A stretch of 25,165 nucleotides of DNA from Bugula neritina (lineage: Eukaryota; Animalia; Bryozoa), in contig CAXIUT010000090.1 in NCBI GenBank assembly GCA_964035545.1, positions 1-25,165 of the forward strand, in the 5' to 3' direction. The notes under the pieces were generated by a model. The model saw only the letters and a program-made list of their open reading frames with translations. It was not told the DNA's origin and searched no databases. How positions within the stretch are numbered: position 1 is the first letter of the stretch; every line of letters begins with the position of its first letter. Positions 22,635-25,165 of this stretch are shown one piece after another. A program made the translations under genes and the position numbers.

Positions 22635-24020
22635 ATGATCAAGCTAAGTTTACTTTTTCTGTTGTTATTGGTCGTTTCACTGCAACAGGATAACTAATCC
22701 AAGATCAAATAGGATGTAGATGACATAACTAACACTTTGAGAACTATATAGGCTCAGATTGATCGACTTCAGAATCGCAATAGACAATTAAAACTAAGAT
22801 TTAGTCGGCTCTTTGAAACAAATTTACAAATTAAGATAAAGAAATTAACATTAACAATGTATCTATCATTCCTAGCATAAGCATTCCCTATAAAGACAAT
22901 CTTTACTTTACTATGATGATTCAAAAAAAATCAAAATTTCTTTACTTTAAGAGGCGATATGATCTATTAAACCAAATAAAGATCAACTATCTTGGCTACC
23001 ATTCGAAATGAATACACTTACTTGGCATAAACTCACAATAATGGTACTTTGCTTTTGAATAAATTGAAGGTTGCCAACAAAAAAACTCATCTATAATATT
23101 AAATAGGACTAGATTTAAGTAAAGCTTGGGGATTTAAAGCAGATAGCATCTTTTTAATAAATCCATTTAATAATCCTAATTACTTAGTTGCAGATCATAA
23201 CAATGGAATAATACTCTATTTTGATCGATATGGAACAATAATAAAAGAAATCAAAGTAGGAAAAAAGATAATTCAAATATAGAAACATGCCCATAACTTA
23301 ATTATTTTATCATAGGGATAGTTATTATTTTTTAATTTAAATAAAAATTCAACCAAAACAACCTGTCTACTTCCATAAGGTCAAATATAGTATTTTAAAT
23401 TCTAATAATCCAACTTCAAATACATCTATCTAGCCCAATAAAGATATCTTTACCAGTATGATTTAGGATATTAATGTAAACCTATTCGATCATATCATAT
23501 TCCAACAAATTCATCGATTTATTTGACCAGTCAAGTTGCCTTCATCGAATCTAATAACAACCATTATGCTCTTAATTTGACATAAGGAACTTTTAAACCC
23601 TATACCTTACCTATTGAGTCATGCAAAGGACAATCTAAATTAACTGTCTCTAAAAAAATTTCTTCACAATATATTATGTCAAGAATATGCATAAATTAAT
23701 AGAAGATAGTAATTTCTCACATCCTTGTTGATTTAGATATGAAAACAGGAGATATAGCAGACTTTTCTAAATTTAGAATACCTTTGCTTTTACTATCTTT
23801 TGGAGTCATTATTTATGTGACAGTAAAAAATAAAAAGAAATAAAATAATATTCAATAATAACAGGTTTTCAAAGATATTTTAATGGGAAAAATAACATAA
23901 GAATAAGTAATCACAGTAGAATAAACAAAAGTAAAACATTAAACAAAATAAATATCACTTATTAATAAAAAAAAATATACAATGAATGATAAAGGGCTCA
24001 ATAAGATAAAATAAAATTGA
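22635..24020 (+). CDS. Type I membrane protein (signal peptide, coiled coil, beta-rich ectodomain, C-terminal TM)
   Basis: MIKLSLLFLLLLVVSLQ signal, heptad segment, open frame ~22965-24020 and TM RIPLLLLSFGVIIYVTV followed by KNKKK. Two apparent frame errors at ~22830 and ~22930-22960. Confidence 0.7.
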
Positions 24021-24101
24021 AATTAGTATAAGAAATATGATTTTTATGATAAATAAATATCAACTAATAAATAAATAAATTATAAAGTTTATCTTGAATA
24101 A

Positions 24102-24985
24102 ATGAGCTAGGTTAACTAAAGCAATGTTGCCTTCAATTTGAAAAACAATTAGTCAGTTGTTTTCGAAGTAGATTAATCATAAAATCATTAGTCTAATCAC
24201 GAATTTGATCCTAATTCCTCACCAATAATCACATAAAATGTACCCTTTAGAAGTCCTATGAAACCAATCAGCAACTGGTATATTGGTAGTAATATTGCTC
24301 TCAACCTTTGCTATGTAGCATTAGCTTTAATTCTTATCTTAACTAAAACCTAACTTGGAAAAGCATTTGCAATAGCCTTTGTTGTTTCAGTTTATCTTAT
24401 CTATCTAGTAATAGCCTATCATTTCTCTAACTTGCTAGCTCTAGCTAGTCTTCAGAGTATTCACTAATACAAATCTACTTTCAAAAAACTGACTACTTCA
24501 AACTGTTCTTTAAAGTTTAAATATATACCTTCAAAAAATCATATTGATGAGGCTGCTAAAGTTTACCAAGAATAATATGATAAGATAAAAATAGTAGATA
24601 GAAGTGGATCATTTTATAGTATATAAAGAAATTTCTAGGTAATTATGATAAAATATCATAAAAAATTCTTTTACTGTGATAGTGTTTTTAAGCAAGAGTT
24701 CTTCATGATTTTAGCGATTTTGCAGATAAATGCAGAAGAGAACATTAGTCTCGTCATACTAAGTATCTTTTGAAAGGAAAATAGAAGATAGAACTCATAG
24801 TTGACGATATGGTGAGCGAGATGGGATTTTTTGTTGATGAAGATAACTGTTATAAATGTGTATTTTTTTTAACTTTACTTACAGGATTTGGAGTTTATTT
24901 CGAATTTTTTATGAAAAATAGAGTTATCAGATATGAAATGGATATAGTAAAAGAAATAAGTCCAGATTAAATAAGAAACAGATGA
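24102..24985 (+). CDS. TMEM151-like membrane protein
   Basis: Two N-terminal TM helices ending VYLIYLV, a central DRSG motif, a C-terminal TM FFLTLLTGFGVYF and DIVKEIS. The span is 884 nt (one base missing near 24690). The family call is tentative. Confidence 0.65.
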
Positions 24986-25033
24986 AAATAATGATAATCT
25001 ATTGTAATAATTATTAATAATATATATTCATTA

Positions 25034-25165
25034 GGGGTTGGGGTTGGGGTTGGGGTTGGGGTTGGGGTTGGGGTTGGGGTTGGGGTTGGGGTTGGGGTTG
25101 GGGGGGTTGGGGTTGGGGTTGGGGTTGGGGTTGGGGTTGGGGTTGGGGTTGGGGTTGGGGTTGGG
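25034..25165. repeat. Right telomere, (GGGGTT)n
   Basis: 132 bp of TTGGGG units (one longer G run), 48 bp after the last stop codon. Confidence 0.97.

Noticed and set aside
134-24985. Standard ciliate code (table 6, UAR=Gln) or a UAA=Lys/UAG=Glu code
   Set aside because: Catalytic or invariant Glu positions are encoded by both TAA and TAG.
1-25165. CRISPR arrays, tRNA/rRNA genes, transposases or prokaryotic operons
   Set aside because: No repeat-spacer structure, cloverleaf, rRNA-like segment or transposase motif was seen by eye; the DNA is eukaryotic.

Overview
AT-rich, gene-dense eukaryotic DNA from a ciliate macronucleus, not a prokaryote. It carries Tetrahymena-type (CCCCAA/TTGGGG)n telomeres at both ends plus an internal TTGGGG array at 17608-17701. 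The window therefore looks like a complete ~17.7-kb minichromosome (1-17701) joined to a 5'-broken ~7.5-kb piece that has its own right telomere. The supplied ORF track is misleading because TAA and TAG are sense codons here. Invariant residues in several enzymes and alignments between paralogs in the window show that both encode glutamate (peritrich nuclear code, NCBI table 30), not the glutamine of Tetrahymena/Paramecium; TGA is the only stop. Read this way, the window holds about 20 tightly packed genes with ultra-short GT-AG introns of 20-22 nt. They include three DUF1772 paralogs, a histidine acid phosphatase, a Tra2-like SR/RRM protein, a 7TM-PIP kinase fusion, an ExoIII/APE-family nuclease followed by a duplicated C-terminal module, the MTG1/RbgA GTPase, CEP131-like and CFAP96-like genes, a PH + alveolin-like repeat + SPIN90/Ldb17-domain protein and a TMEM151-like gene. 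Scattered single-base frameshifts, mostly at homopolymers, suggest a low-coverage long-read sequence, so the internal telomere junction may be a chimera. All translations were done by eye and family calls rest on recalled motifs, not database searches.
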